This document shows, piece by piece, positions 41,934-55,547 of a stretch of 64,000 nt of DNA (position 1 is the first letter of the stretch; each line of letters opens with the position of its first letter). The stretch covers positions 6,200,001 through 6,264,000 of the forward strand of contig CM007989.1 in assembly GCA_002189035.1 (NCBI GenBank), written 5' to 3'. The position numbers and the translations under genes are program-made. The notes under the pieces were generated by a model. The model searched no databases, was not told the DNA's origin, and saw only the letters and a program-made list of their open reading frames with translations. Origin of the DNA: Utricularia gibba. Taxonomy: Eukaryota; Plantae; Magnoliophyta.

Positions 41934-43305
41934 CAATTCAACCACTTGCAAATCAAAAACAAGATCTTCAGCTCATACCTCAGCACATCATCTTTCAGCA
42001 TACCCTTCTCACAAGCTTACCGATCTCAACAACTATCAACCACAAGATCCAACTTTTTTTAGCTTGCAAGATACTGTAATTACAGAAACTCAAAATTCAA
42101 CATACACAGCACCAAGAAGAAACAGGAAAGCTCCTTTGCCTTGATTAAATCTCGAAACTTGGTAACAGAAAGCCTCTGAAAACAACTTCTAAAAGCTCAC
42201 ATCAGAATCATATCAAGAATCAAGGAAAAGACACGGGCTTTCCTCTTTCCAGTCGACACCAATCATGGGTCTCCTTCGCTGGAACCAGAACAAGGGTAAG
42301 ATGGGGAAAGGACTTGAAAAGAAAATACACTCGAGAGGTTTTAGCTGAAGATACAAAGACTCCAATGCGTGGGGGTTTTGTAAAGAGAAGCAAGCACAGA
42401 GGAACTCCCGTCCGTCTTTTCACTTGAAAAGGAAAGGATGTTGTGATGTCCATGTAGTACGTAATATAGAAAAGAGTTTGACCAGTAGAATTGCAGATAC
42501 CAACGGCCGACGCGCTGCGACAAAGCTCGCATTTAAGAATGCTGTCTGTGGGTCCTTTGACCACCAAATCATCCAAAAACATTTCCACCAAATGTGTACG
42601 TGCGTCGTTTTCAATACAATCTTGAAATGAAAGCCACGTTTTTTAAAAATTATTTTATATTGACTTTAGCAAAATTAAAAATTATGATAGAATAAAAATT
42701 ATATATATTTAAAATTATTTTTTTAGAAAAATTATTATAGAATGAATTTATATTAGAAATATAAAAATTAAAAATTAATTTTAATAAATAAATAATATAT
42801 TTATCTATATTTATTAATAATTATAATTGACAAATTTATAATTTAAAAATATTTTTTATATACTATTTATATTATATATTACATTATTTTTAAATTATAA
42901 TTTATATGTTTACTTTAATTTAAATATATTTATCTTAAAAGTATAATTTAACAATTATGATAATTCAATTATTTATTTTATTATTAATTATAAAAATATA
43001 TCTATAATTTTAATTTTAGAATCACTTTTCAAAAATTAATTTTTATAAAGAATATATTATCTCATATTTCTCTAATTTTTAAAAATTGATTCTTGTAAAA
43101 TGGATATTTGTAAAACAAAATCAATTCTATTCTAAATATTTTCAAAAGTCGAAAAGCACGTTCACAGCAACTTTTCGTTTTCACTTACAATGCAAATATA
43201 AACTAAACTAAACTTTCACTGTCATAAATAAACAGAGAAAGCAGTGCAGTTCAAGCCATTTGGGCAGATTGGTTTAGCCGCCGAGCCATCAGCATGCTTC
43301 CATCT

Positions 43306-45974
43306 TCAGAGTCCCGAGTCTGCGGCATACACAGCAACCGAAGCTTGGAGTTCTCTATCCACCTTGAAGTGAGAGTGGAAGAACCTCTTTATCTGAAACA
43401 GATTTAAAGACAAGGACAACTGGTCTTCTTACTCAGCATGAAAAGAAATCACAATTTCGACCGCCCGATTGAAGTACTGAACCTGGCCAATGGCTTGGCC
43501 ACTCTTACGGTTGACGGTAAGAAGGAAAAAAAAGTTACACGTTTTTACCTCAATGAAATGGTGAGAGGATAGAAACTGCTTCAGCTGTTTTTCCTCCCAA
43601 TCAAATACTACGATGTGGCTAGGTGCAGACCAGTTTCTAGCAAACTCTGCGGCAAAACCAGGAGGGTCTTTGAGAAACCTGTCTGATTCATCCAAGAGCC
43701 CTTTCTCCTCACTGTTGGATAAAACAGAGCATCAGCAACAATGTAATAACTGATGAAAATCACTTTAAAAATCTGACCCACATTGCATAACGACATGTTC
43801 GGTGGACAAGTTTTACCTCGGTGTGCAGTCTAAGAAACGCATAGGAATACGGTGATGAAATGATGAGTAATAAGGTGTAGAATGGCAAGGCATCAGGAAA
43901 AGGATACTTCTCACTTTGTTCTCACTAGCTGCCTTTGAAAGATAGTGCATAACATCCTCTGCCCCTCTCTATAAAAGTAGCATAAGGCGTAAAATAAAAA
44001 GGAGCCAGAATGGGGGGGAACACATTAAACAATTGTAGATCTTTAACAAGCAATACCTGATGAACCATACCCATATAAAGGGCCATTGGAAGATTAGTAA
44101 CAAGGAGGAGACTGACAGCAGTTTTCAAATATCGAGAACATCTTGCATGAGAAATGGGATTATCTTTACTTTTCCCCTTTGAAAGGCCAAACTGCCCCAT
44201 TTTAGCCAATGAATACCCACTGAACATTAGCGCAAGAGGAAGCACAGGAAGGACAAACCTGACATCTGAAGATAATCAGAAGAAAAAATAATAAGGCATA
44301 TAACACACCATTGTATCTATCAGGAAGTTACCTGAATTCTTTGTGACCCAGAAGACTATACAACCCCAATAACCACACAATAAGGCCAGCAATCTTCCAT
44401 TGCCGGGATAAGATGATACCGGTTATTGAAAATGGTAAGTGCGTAAAAATCATGGATGTGAATCCCTGTGAGATATACCAATGCCATGGGTGAGTTCCAT
44501 AAAGGTCCCCGCCAGAGGAAAGAACGTTGAATCTAAAAAAGTTGAGTGGAACAATAATCCATGAACCATACAAATCTCGATCAATGAAAACCACCAAACC
44601 AAGCACGAGTCCCCTGGTGATAAATATAAAAAAAATAAATATTCATATGCTAACAAAATGCAAAATATTTCTATAAATGCTGATGATACCACCAACTCAT
44701 GTATGCCATTTGCAAGGCAATGGAAGCATGAACTTGAAACTTGTGAAAAAAATGCATGAAAATTTATAATTTTCTGTGAAAAAATGGGAAAGAAGCTTGA
44801 AAGAAGGAATCTTTCCATACTGACCCGATAGGGATCACATCAAGAAATATGAACTTTAACCTGTCGCGAGCATGGAATAGTTCTAGAAGACCAACATAAA
44901 TCCAAGTGATAGCACTTGTAGGCCGAATTGCACAAGAAAGTGCTGCAGCAAGTAAGGCACATCTTCTTGAGAACAACATATTTTTCTGTCGGTTAGGTCT
45001 CATGCAGGGCCAGTAGTAAAGACTCACGAGAGTGAGAACAGTCTCCAAGCTATTTGAAAATGTACGAGTGATACAGAAGAACATGAACCAATTAGTCAGT
45101 CCCGCAAAAAGCTACCAACAGGTTAAGTTTCACCATATACATTTGATAACATCCACAGAATTTGGGGACTATAAAAGCATCTGAATGAAGCCGAAACAAG
45201 AAAGTAGCAAAGAATATTGGAAGTCAAATAACTGTGTAAGGTAATATGGATACGGCCCATTTAGCAACATTCTCATCAAACATGATCACTGAGAGTTTAT
45301 ACAAGTAGAGATCCCCAACTGCAGCAAATAGAGACTGGAGCAATCGTGGTGCCTTTGTCTGTTACGTAAGAAACAGTAACCACATTAATCACCGAAAATT
45401 ATTTGAATATTGATCAGCTTATTACAAAGAACTAGTATTATACATAGTGGAACAATTAGATGATATTCCTCCATTTATGCAACATCAAGTACCTCAGAAA
45501 CACAAGAGAAGGCTTCAATTTGAAGCTCGCTAAGTAACTACCTTACCATGAGCCAAGGGGTGTCAAGACTGAAAAAGGCCATCACTTTATAGAGAACAGC
45601 AAAAATTAGTGGATGCAAGTAACTCCTCAAACCCCTTTTCCACTCCCATGTCAAGTGCCCATATCTGAAAACCAGAAAACACGAGTAAAACACATCGCCA
45701 GAAACGTCATCTAAGAAAAGCTGTGGTCATTTCACTAGACTTCTGCATACCCAAAGGCAATGCGATGAGCCACCTCCAGAGCTTGCCAATGCTCATCTGG
45801 GTTGAAATACGTTTGCACAAAGAAAGAGTTGATCACTCTAATGAACAAACATAGCATAGAGATTTTGAAATTTGACGATGCAGGGGTACAGAGTGCTGAG
45901 TTCCTCGAGAGCAGTTCCTCTCGCCCACCTACATCGTCCATGGTAGGTATTTTACGTCTCTCCCGAAGTCCCAT
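43306..45974 (-). CDS. PIGB: GPI mannosyltransferase 3 (PIG-B / APTG1)
   Basis: TYFNPDEHWQALEVAH, GHLTWEWKRGLRSY, RTFSNSLETVL, THPWHWY, GHKEFRFVLP, LFLMPCHSTPYYS, RFLDC; 9 exons, in frame as checked. Confidence 0.94.
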
Positions 45975-47169
45975 TTTTTCCTTCTAGTATTTCCAACTAT
46001 TGTGCTGAATGCACACTACATAAACGAAACCATTTCCGGTTGCGGATAAGTAGAATTCAGGCGACAGGAATTCAAAGGATTGTAGGAGGTGAACATTAAG
46101 GCACAATGGAAAATGCAAAATTAAAAAGCACGTCAAACCAAGAGCAGCAACTGAAAATGAAACTCGCAAAAAATGTGCTACAGAAGAAAACAAGCCACCA
46201 ATTATGAAATCCGACTTGAAATGGAGCCAATAGTGACAGATCCCATGTACAGAAATCACCGCAAAAGGATGGAGATCGATTCTGGGATCAAAAATTCATA
46301 TCAGTTGTAGAACTTGGGTAGATTTTGTAAACTACCCTTCTCTAAATAAATTTATTATTCATTTACCTCTTTAATTTTTAATTAATTTATTATTTATTTT
46401 GTAACATTTTTTTATTAATACTTTATATTATTTATTCTTTTTCTTTAGATTTTAACTTTTTTTATATCTTCATTAATAATTTATTTTTAATATTTATTTA
46501 TATTAGAAATTTACCTTTATTTTAATCTCCAAACTGTAAATTTTAGAACTAAATTCAAAATTCAAAATTTAAATAAACTAAATCATAATCTTTAAATCCT
46601 AAACTCTAAAACATAAATTTGAAAATCTAAACACATAAATCTAAATTTCAATTTTGAAATTCTGAATCCTAAACTTTCAAATTTAAATTTGAATTCAAAA
46701 AACTTAACACTAAAAAATTAAATTTTTAAACCATAAATCACTAAATCATAAAATTTAATTATGATTTGGAAAAGTTAGATATTATACTACTTCCAAAGTA
46801 TAAATATTGAATTTAAATCTTCAATTAAAATCGTAAATTTTGAAAATAAAATATGTTATTAATAATGCTAATGTATCAAAAAAATACATCCAATAAATAT
46901 ATTAAAAATAAAATTCATAAAAAATAATAAAAATAAGATAAAATGCAAAAAATAACTCTATTTTTGTTAATATTACAAAATTTTATATAATTAATATAAA
47001 TAAAAAAGTTGACATATTTACCCATTTACTTCTTAAGATACTATAAAATAATTACGAAAGATAAAACATATTACTAGTTATATTTAATAATTCATGTAAA
47101 ATAATAATAAATTTTAAACCAAGATAATATGAAAATGTTTTTAAATAATTAGAGTGTTTCAGTTATTAT

Positions 47170-47900
47170 CTCATAGAAGATTACCAAATGTAATAACTCA
47201 TCTTTTTCTTACATGATATTGTCCGTTTCGAACATAACTTTTACGATAATAGGAAGGGTGATCAATCCATCTACTCATATTAGGAAGGGTTCTCTAGCTA
47301 TTCATGCCATCTCGTAGAAGTGGTGATTAGATTTGGTCTCCTACGATTTCAAAATCCTTTAGAGCAAATTGGGCTTTACCTGGATAATTACATGCAATTC
47401 TCCACCCTTCATGATTTCAAGTTTCATCTGATCAAAATTTTCTTGAATATCATTTGTCCTTGAACTTCAGCTGAGGTCATCTATTACCAGGTTTGCCTTG
47501 CCAAGGTGATAGTTTACTTATAGGTCGTAATCATTTAACAATTCTAACTATCTACATTGTCTCATATTTAGCTCTTTCTATATAAACACATATTTCAAGC
47601 TTTGGTGATTGGTGTACAACCCGCATCACATTCTATACAAGTAGTATTGTCAAATCTTCAAGGTGAAGATTATTGTGGGCATTTCCAGATCATGGCCTAG
47701 ATAATTCCTTTCATGATTTTTCACTTGCCCTCGATGCGTAAGCTATCACACTACCTTCTTGCATAAGGACAGCCTCTAGGCCTTTTCCATTGACATCTGT
47801 ATACACTTCATAATCTTTAATTGCCTGAGGTAGTGCCAAATCGATGCTCGTGTCAAGTCATATTTTAATTTATCAAAGCTGATTTGACATTTGTTTGTTT
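47170..47900 (-). mobile_element. Ty3/gypsy RT-RNaseH relic (chromovirus/Tekay-like)
   Basis: Minus-strand translations YEVYTDVNGKGLEAVLMQEGSVIAYASR, TLKI*QYYLY, YTNHQSLKYVFI*KELNMRQCR*LELLNDYD, YHLGKANLV match the gypsy RNaseH series DAS..GLG.VLMQ..VIAYASR / ALKIWRHYLY / TDHKSLKY / YHPGKANVVADALSR. Confidence 0.85.
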
Positions 47901-48199
47901 ACTCAAACATCTTATTCTTCTTTATTGATTCTATCAATGATTGAGCCTTCTAAAAAAAGAATTAATAATTCTATAGTAGTACATATATTATTCTCAAAAA
48001 ACATTGTACATTGCCCATATGTCTAGGCACTGTTCAAGTTGTAATGGCATCCATCTTCTTTGAGTCTATTGTGATTCCTTGTCCATTAATGATATGTCCA
48101 AAGAAATTGATATTCTTTCAAAAGAATTTGCACTTAGCTGCCTTAACATACAACTTCTTTTTTTTCAACCTCATCAGCATAGTCCGAAGGTGCCTCTAA

Positions 48200-48740
48200 G
48201 GGCATCCTTATTCATTTTAAAAAATGCTTACATAGATGTATATCTTTAGTAATTAAGTTTTTGAACATGAATAAAGGGAGAGAGTTTCCACGAGGAAACT
48301 CCATAAAATAAATGACAGTTTATTTCCTCTATTATTTTTATATTCGTACTACGTTCTTCTAGATCATGCACACAACAAGTAAATACCTTTTAATTTCTGC
48401 ATATTTTTTTAATATTTGGATAGAGTAGTCAATTTACATGTTGTCAATATTCATCACTATTTAAAAAAAGATTTGATCGAACATATTTGAGCAAAATTTA
48501 AATGATATTTTTTTATGTTGGTTATTTCTAATTGTTTCAATTTATTTATGTATAGTTCTAAGTTTTTAGTACGTTTAATTATGAATAAAATTTCTTTTCT
48601 TTTTTAATTTTATTAATATTCATAATTAAACTTGTTTCCAAAATGAATATGAATAAACATGGAAAGTCATTTATTTCATTTCCAAAAAGTTAGTAATCTG
48701 ATGTGGATTTACGCATTTTCGGAAATAAATAAGTATGTCC
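48200..48740. mobile_element. PIF/Harbinger MITE (541 bp)
   Basis: Starts GGGCATCCTTATT after TAA; ends AATAAGTATGTCC (11/13 inverted match) before TAA; its 3' ~180 bp are homologous to 52200-52391. Confidence 0.75.
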
Positions 48741-48743
48741 TAA

Positions 48744-51700
48744 GGGCATCTTTATTGATGTTCGGAAATGGTAATGTGGATGTGTATTTTTATTAATTAA
48801 GTTTTCAAACATTAATACATGAAGCGTTTTTTATTTTCGAAAACCGTGTATGCGAAAACCTAGTTCCCGCTAGAAAATTGAAGAAATAAAAACAAGTAAA
48901 CGTTTCTTATTTCTTCATATTTGTTCATTGTTTTCTTGTTGAGTAAAAATTTGTGTGTGGGTACGAGAAATACAGATTGATGGAGATGCAATGTGAACTA
49001 ATTCTATGAGTGTGGATTAACACAATGTTCAATCGTGGCTGTTGATGAGTTTTTTTCAACAACTATATTTTTTGTTTATTTTTCTGATTTTGTAGTGTTA
49101 TTTTCGATGAATATGAACTTGGATCGTTTGGATTTTTCCTTAGTTTTATGAAGTTCTATTCTCTATCAATTACTATGGTTTTTATCCATGAATAGTGTTT
49201 TCCATACATAGTAAACCTTGTTGTGTGTTCCAAAAGCTTAAGTCATTTGATTTTGGTCAGCCTTATGTAGCTCAAGTTTCATTATTGATTAATGGTTTGT
49301 TATTGATCTAATATTTTATCCCTAAACTATTCTTTATCTCGGTTCTAGTGTATTTTTTTGATTTCATTTTTTTTTAGGAAATGACTACAAGAGGATTAAC
49401 ATCTCAAAGATGGGCCAAAGAAGACAAGCTTATTCTCGTTTCAACATGGCTAAATGTTAGTAAAGATTCAGAAAAAGAAACATCACAAATAGGAAACAAT
49501 TTCTGGAAGAAATTTTTTTATTATTATTATCATGAAGCAGTATCCTTAGTTTCTTGTAACATGGATACAATAAGAAAAAAGTACAAAAGTTTAAGTTTCG
49601 ATGTCAGTAAATTTAGAGGATGTATGGATTAGATAATGTCAAGAGGAGGCAGTGACTATACCGAATTTGATTTCAAGCAACAAACCATGAAGCTTTTTAA
49701 AGAAGAGCAGAGGGATTTTATTGATATTAAATTTTGGGAGATATTACGACATGAGCCAAGGTGGATGTCAGTACGAAAAACTGATACCATATTTTATGTG
49801 TTTTTCTTAATATTAAATATATGTTTTTTTTGTAAAGCACAAATATTGATAGGTGGCATAAATGGAAAAGAATCACAAGAGAGTGTCACATGTGCATCAA
49901 ATGAATAAGGATCAGCTTCACAACCTTTACCAATCTTAGTAGAATAAGAATGACCTTTAGGACAAAAGAATGGAAAACAATTGGCTGAGTCAAGTTCTTC
50001 TTCTTTCAAGACAAAATATCTAGATGGTATTGACAAGATGAATAAAAATCTTGAAAAAAGAAATCAGTTGATATGACAATTCAATCAAGTATATTTGGTT
50101 GATATGCTTTAAAGACTTTCAAATAAAGATATGAACAAACTTACTTTAGGACAATAGCAATCCATGATATGGCTTATCATGGCATTGCAAATGCCAAGTT
50201 AATGAATAGAGATCAAAGTACTTCTAGAGATGAAGAAGAAAATGATTTAAATATTTTGTTGTGTTCTTTTAATATCACTATGTTTTGATCGTTCTTTCTT
50301 ATGTATCTTGGACTTGTTGTTACGATAGCGTACTCGGCTTTTAAATGTAGCTTGAATGCTCCTTGCTCAAGGAGATCATATCAACTCTTTGTCTCTATAT
50401 TATCACCGTTGTCATAATGATGGTTACTTTACTAGTCTCTCTAGAGTCTAATGTACTTCCTTAGCCTATAGCTGGAAGACCAAATCACTCGTATTCCTAC
50501 TTGAGAATAGTGGCAACAATGGCACATGATTAGTTTCTCAGCTGCTAAAACAATCCAAAGTAAACAGGCACATTATATAGTAACCAGTTGCAGCTTTCAT
50601 TTCTGGAACAACAACTTCTGCATGCTTCATGCTTCATAATACAAATAAATTTATATAGCAATGAAAACTTTATTATATTTATATAAATTGGTTTTCAAAT
50701 TTATTTTCTAATATGAATGTTGATATATATAAATAAAGTTGTTAGGAATTAGTAGATAGACCTATAAATTTGATAGGTAATATATAAATGTGATAGGAGC
50801 TTTAAAATGTGATAGATATAAAAAAGTACTAGAAAATCAATCAATATGGTAGGAATCAATAAATTTGATAATCACAAACAAATATGATAGATATATATAA
50901 TAATGTAAATATAAATTCAAATTACACCAAATTTTAATGATATCCAAATTCATCTTCTCTTATTTATAGGTGGATCACAATGTCTTTACGTAACCTATAT
51001 CATGGATTTAAGTTTTTCAAATTTTTGGCCTATTATTTTTTATGATAATTGTATAGATTATGCGGCAATTATTCAAGGAGTTGATTACACTGATGATGAG
51101 AAAGAAGGATTTTCATAACAGCAACATTCACGACAATATATTGAGCGCAATCATGAACTAGGTCATGAAAGGTTAATAGCTGATTATTTTTGCGATTATC
51201 CAAATTACGCATATGAACAATTTCATAGGAGATTTTGAATGCATCATTTTTTATTTGATCAAATTGTGGATGTTGTTAAATCAGTATATCCATATTTTCA
51301 AGATAAAGTGGATGGCACTAGTCGACTAAGCTTGAGCGCTTTACAAAAGTGCATTGTTGCTATTCGAATGTTAGGTTATGGATGTACTGTTGATATTGTT
51401 GATGAATACATTTGAATTGGAGAGAAAAGCTCCATCAAATTTATTTTTAAGAACAATATTTGAGATCCCCAAAAATCGAAGATTTGGAATGTTTGCTTGT
51501 GTGGGAAGAGACTCGAGGCTTTCATGGAATGCTTGGAAATATTAATTGCATCCATTGAAAATGGAAAAATTGTCATGTTGCACTTGGAATGCCAAGTGCA
51601 AATAATGATTTAAATGTCTTATGGCATTCTCATTTATTAAACGAGCTAAATAACGATGTTGGTCCACAATTACAATATACTATTAACAAAAATTGTTATG

Positions 51701-52391
51701 ATATAAGATATTATTTGGCTTATGGTATTTACTTTGATTGGACAATCTTTATGAAATCTATTACTTTTCCACAAGGTCGAAAAACTCAGCTTTTTGCTAA
51801 ATTTCACGTGAGTGCTCAAAAAGGTATAAAGCGCATTTTTGGTATTTTGCATTGCAAATTTGCAATACTCACAACATCTTGAAGAGTTTGGGATCGAAAA
51901 ACACTTGGAGATATTATGCATGCATGTACATTTTGCACAATATGATTGTGGAAGATGAAGGCGATGTTATTTCTAACGAAAATATTGAAGATGAATATGA
52001 TAAATCTTCAATAGTTCAACTGCCACAAAATTACAAAGATATTGGATTGAATATGCAAAGTTATTTAGATACAGTGGTCAATTCACATGATGTCAATCTT
52101 TATCGTCATATAAAAAAAAGATTTGATCTAGTATATTTGAGTGAAGTTCAATTGATATGCTCTATGTTAGTTGTTTCTAGTTATTTCAATTTATGTTATG
52201 TACGATGTTTCAAGCTTTTAGAAAGTTTAGCTTTGAATAAAATTCATGTTTTTAAATTTTATTAATATTCATAATTAAACTTGTTTTGAGAAATGAATGT
52301 TAAAAAAATTGGAAAAGTTATTTATTTCATTTTTGGAAAGTTAATAATCTGACATGGACTTGGATGTTTCTGGATATGAATAAAGATACCC
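48744..52391 (+). mobile_element. Degenerate full-length PIF/Harbinger transposon (Myb/SANT protein plus DDE transposase)
   Basis: TIRs GGGCATCTTTATT and AATAAAGATACCC with TAA on both sides. Myb-like RWAKEDKLILVSTWLNVSKD..FWKK at 49381; transposase GHERLIADYF..FHRRF*M..LSALQKCIVAIRMLGYG..VDEY and ACMYILHNMIVEDE at about 51130-52000; both on +, with stops. Confidence 0.9.
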
Positions 52392-53524
52392 TAAAAGCAT
52401 TTTTAATGATTTCCGAAAATTCTGATGTGACTTTTCTTTATTGAGTTCCTTTATGAAGTTTTCTAATCTTTTTTATCAATTTTATGAAACATTCTTTATA
52501 ATTTAAAATATAAATTTCATATTATTAAAGCATTTGTAATACAAAACACAATACGAAATTAGTTGAACAACTATTAATCATAGAATATATCAATTGAAAT
52601 TTTCAAAATATGCTCGATAAAATCTTTTTTTAGATGACATTGGATTGCTATCATGGGAATGCTTCATTTGGGTCACATAATTTTGCATATTCACTCCAAC
52701 ATCTCTATAACTTTTCTTGGGTTAGATCATCATAGATTGTTCATACTCATCTACATCATTATCTTATATAATACAATATACAATATAATGTATGCATACA
52801 TGATGTCTTCTAAAGGTTTCTGATCTCAAGCTCTTGCAAGAGATGTTATTATCTAAAATTGACTTTGCAATATTCCAAAAGTATGTGATATGTCTTTTCT
52901 AACAATCTCCTGGAATTGAGCAAAAAAAAAAAACTTGCTTTTTGCCTTTCTGGAAGTATAATAGATTTTACTAATACACCCCAATGAGAGTAAATACGAT
53001 TAGCTAAATAATATCCTATGTTTTAAGTAGCACTATTTATAGTGAATTATACTCGAGGGGTAATATCGTTATGCAATTCATTTAGTAATAGAGAATGATA
53101 TAAAACATTGAGATCATTATTCGCACCTGACATACCAAAAAAACATGTCAAATTCATGAATCTGCAAAGGCTATCGCTTCTAACATAAGTGATGATTTGC
53201 GATGATCTCCTTGCTTAAATTGACCATATCATGGCGTTGAACAATTTTTCAATTCCTAATGCATACACTCCACACTACCGAGCATGCCTAGAAAGCCCAG
53301 AGATTCCCTCAAGCAAGAAGACATTCCAAGTCTTCAAAACAATCAAAACATAATTAACAGACAAATCATTCAAAGTTCGATCAATCATCTGAATAAGAGA
53401 AATTAACACATGCATTATCCTTTTTGTCTTTTAAAGCATCATGAGCTATAGTTAAGTTCTTAATCTTTCCAAGACCATGAAATTCCATTTCATATATTTC
53501 CTTTTGTTCAGGACTTATCTTATT

Positions 53525-54853
53525 TAGAGTTGTTCATGGGTCGGTTCTATGCCAACCTAGAACCGACTCAACTATAAAGACAAAGACTCGGAACCGACCC
53601 AAACCCGATTAAGAACCGATAGACCCAAAACCATGGTTCTTTATCGGTTCTGGGTCCTTACCGGTTCCGGCTTTTACTAAAAACATTGAATTTGAAAGCT
53701 TTCAAACAATATAAAAAAAATGCATTAAAAAAGCACAGAAAGCTGACAAACACTAAGAAAAATGTTCATACAAATTAAAAGAGCTACGTTTAGTTTTGAT
53801 ACAAAAGTAGGGTTATTTCGCACATTTGAACACACATATTTTGAAAAATCACATTGAAAACAAACGTTTCCTGTAATTAATTTTAATACTCACAGAATAG
53901 CTAATATGGGCGACTGGAACCAGAAATGCAAAATTAGGCACCCATACCGAATTGCGCAATTTTTGAAAGTATTCTTAATTTTCAGAAATATAAAATTTTT
54001 TGGGTGCATTAATTGGAATATAAAAATTTGAAAATGAAATGATTTTATATATCCTAAATACTACAAAATAATTTCAATAAATAAAGAATATTCATCTGTC
54101 TCGTAGACCATTTTTCCAGACACTCGCATTGCCTCGTGTGGGTGTCTGGAAAGAGTGATTTCCAGGCACCCATGTCTCTTATATGGGTGTTTGGGAAGGA
54201 GTATTTGAGACAGTTTTTCAGACACCCTCTTCCATCATGTGGGTGCCTCGGGAGGGTGTTTGAAATGAGAGTTGGACGGCACCTACAAAATAATGCATTG
54301 TGTGGGTGTCTGGAAAGAGTGATTTCCAGGCACTCACGTCTCTTATATGGATGTCTGGAAATGAGTATTTGAAACCGTTTTCCATACATCCACTTCCCTC
54401 ATGTGGGTGCTACGGGAGGATGTTTGCGAGTCTGCAATCAAATTCCAGGCAACAAAAAAAATCAAAAGACTACTCAAATCCACAAACCCAAATCTACATG
54501 GCTATCTTCGTCGCTGCAAAGCCCCACTTCTTTCCACAAATATGGGCCCCATTGTCATTTAATTATTTAAGTAATAATAATAATAAGTGTTAATAAATAA
54601 TATGATGAAAACATGCTGAGTAAATAAATAATTATTTACAACCCATGACCCAACATTCTTAATGAAAAAATACTATTGGTTCTGGGTCAGGTCTGGATAT
54701 TTTCCCGTAGACCCAAAACCGACCCAGAACCAACCGGTTCTTCATTTAATGGACCCAAAACCGACCCAGACCCAGAATTGGTCAGAACCGACCCGAAAAA
54801 CTAGGTCGGTTCCGATCGGTTCTGGGTCTAGGTGGGTCTTTTGAACATCTCTA
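53525..54853. mobile_element. Non-autonomous hAT element (1329 bp)
   Basis: TIRs TAGAGTTGTTCA and (rc) TAGAGATGTTCA; perfect 8-bp TSD ATCTTATT (53517-53524, 54854-54861); subterminal AACCG/GACCC arrays at both ends. Confidence 0.92.
54120..54425. repeat. About 164-bp tandem duplication inside the hAT element
   Basis: GTGTGGGTGTCTGGAAAGAGTGATTTCCAGGCAC at 54136 and 54300; each unit is built from shorter RTGGGTGY sub-repeats. Confidence 0.85.
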
Positions 54854-55547
54854 ATCTTATTTACATCATTCTGAGACATCTTCAAACATATATCCGTAAA
54901 ATTTAATTGATTATAGATCTTTATCAACTCATTTTTTTGAAGATCACAATGTACATTGTTGACAACATCTTTGTATTTTTCAAATGATTTCTCATTCGTA
55001 GCACTAGTAGAATCCATCAATATTTTCTCTTGTGATTTACGCTTCACAGCCTTTTTTCTATGGGCCTCTCTTCTTTTTCAACACTTGGAGAAGATTGTAA
55101 GGTGCAGTAGACTAGTCATTAAATCCAATTTTCAAGCTCTCCAAGCATTTTCCAGTTGCATGTTTTGCTACCTTGCAAAAAAGATATATACTTATATGTG
55201 ATGGAATTTGATATTAACAAAACAATAAAAGTATACATATCAAAATTCATTTTGAATAGCTCTAAATTTTAGAGTTTGAAATCATATTCATTGTAACCAC
55301 TTCCTTCTTTGACATTACTCTTTCAATACAACCTCCGAATTTCTCTAATTTTCCTCCTATAGCAAAATTTTTCACACACTTTGTTGTTCTCAATGTGCTT
55401 TCTACGGTCTGTGGTCTATTCTCTATGGGCAACCTTTATTCATTACTTTGGGCTACCTCAATCACCAAAATATAAATCGCACATTTTAGTCTAAAATCCT
55501 ACCCAAGCATTTTGTGGCACCCGAAAAATGCGATGATGTGGTAACTT

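Noticed and set aside
43898-43907. Perfect U12 donor-like GTATCCTTTT on the minus strand in PIG-B
   Set aside because: It lies inside an exon and encodes the conserved SILFLMPCHSTPYYS; the frame reads straight through.
46540-46770. Degenerate TAAACCCTA-like motifs as interstitial telomere repeat
   Set aside because: No regular 7-bp period; more likely decayed AT-rich transposon subterminal sequence.
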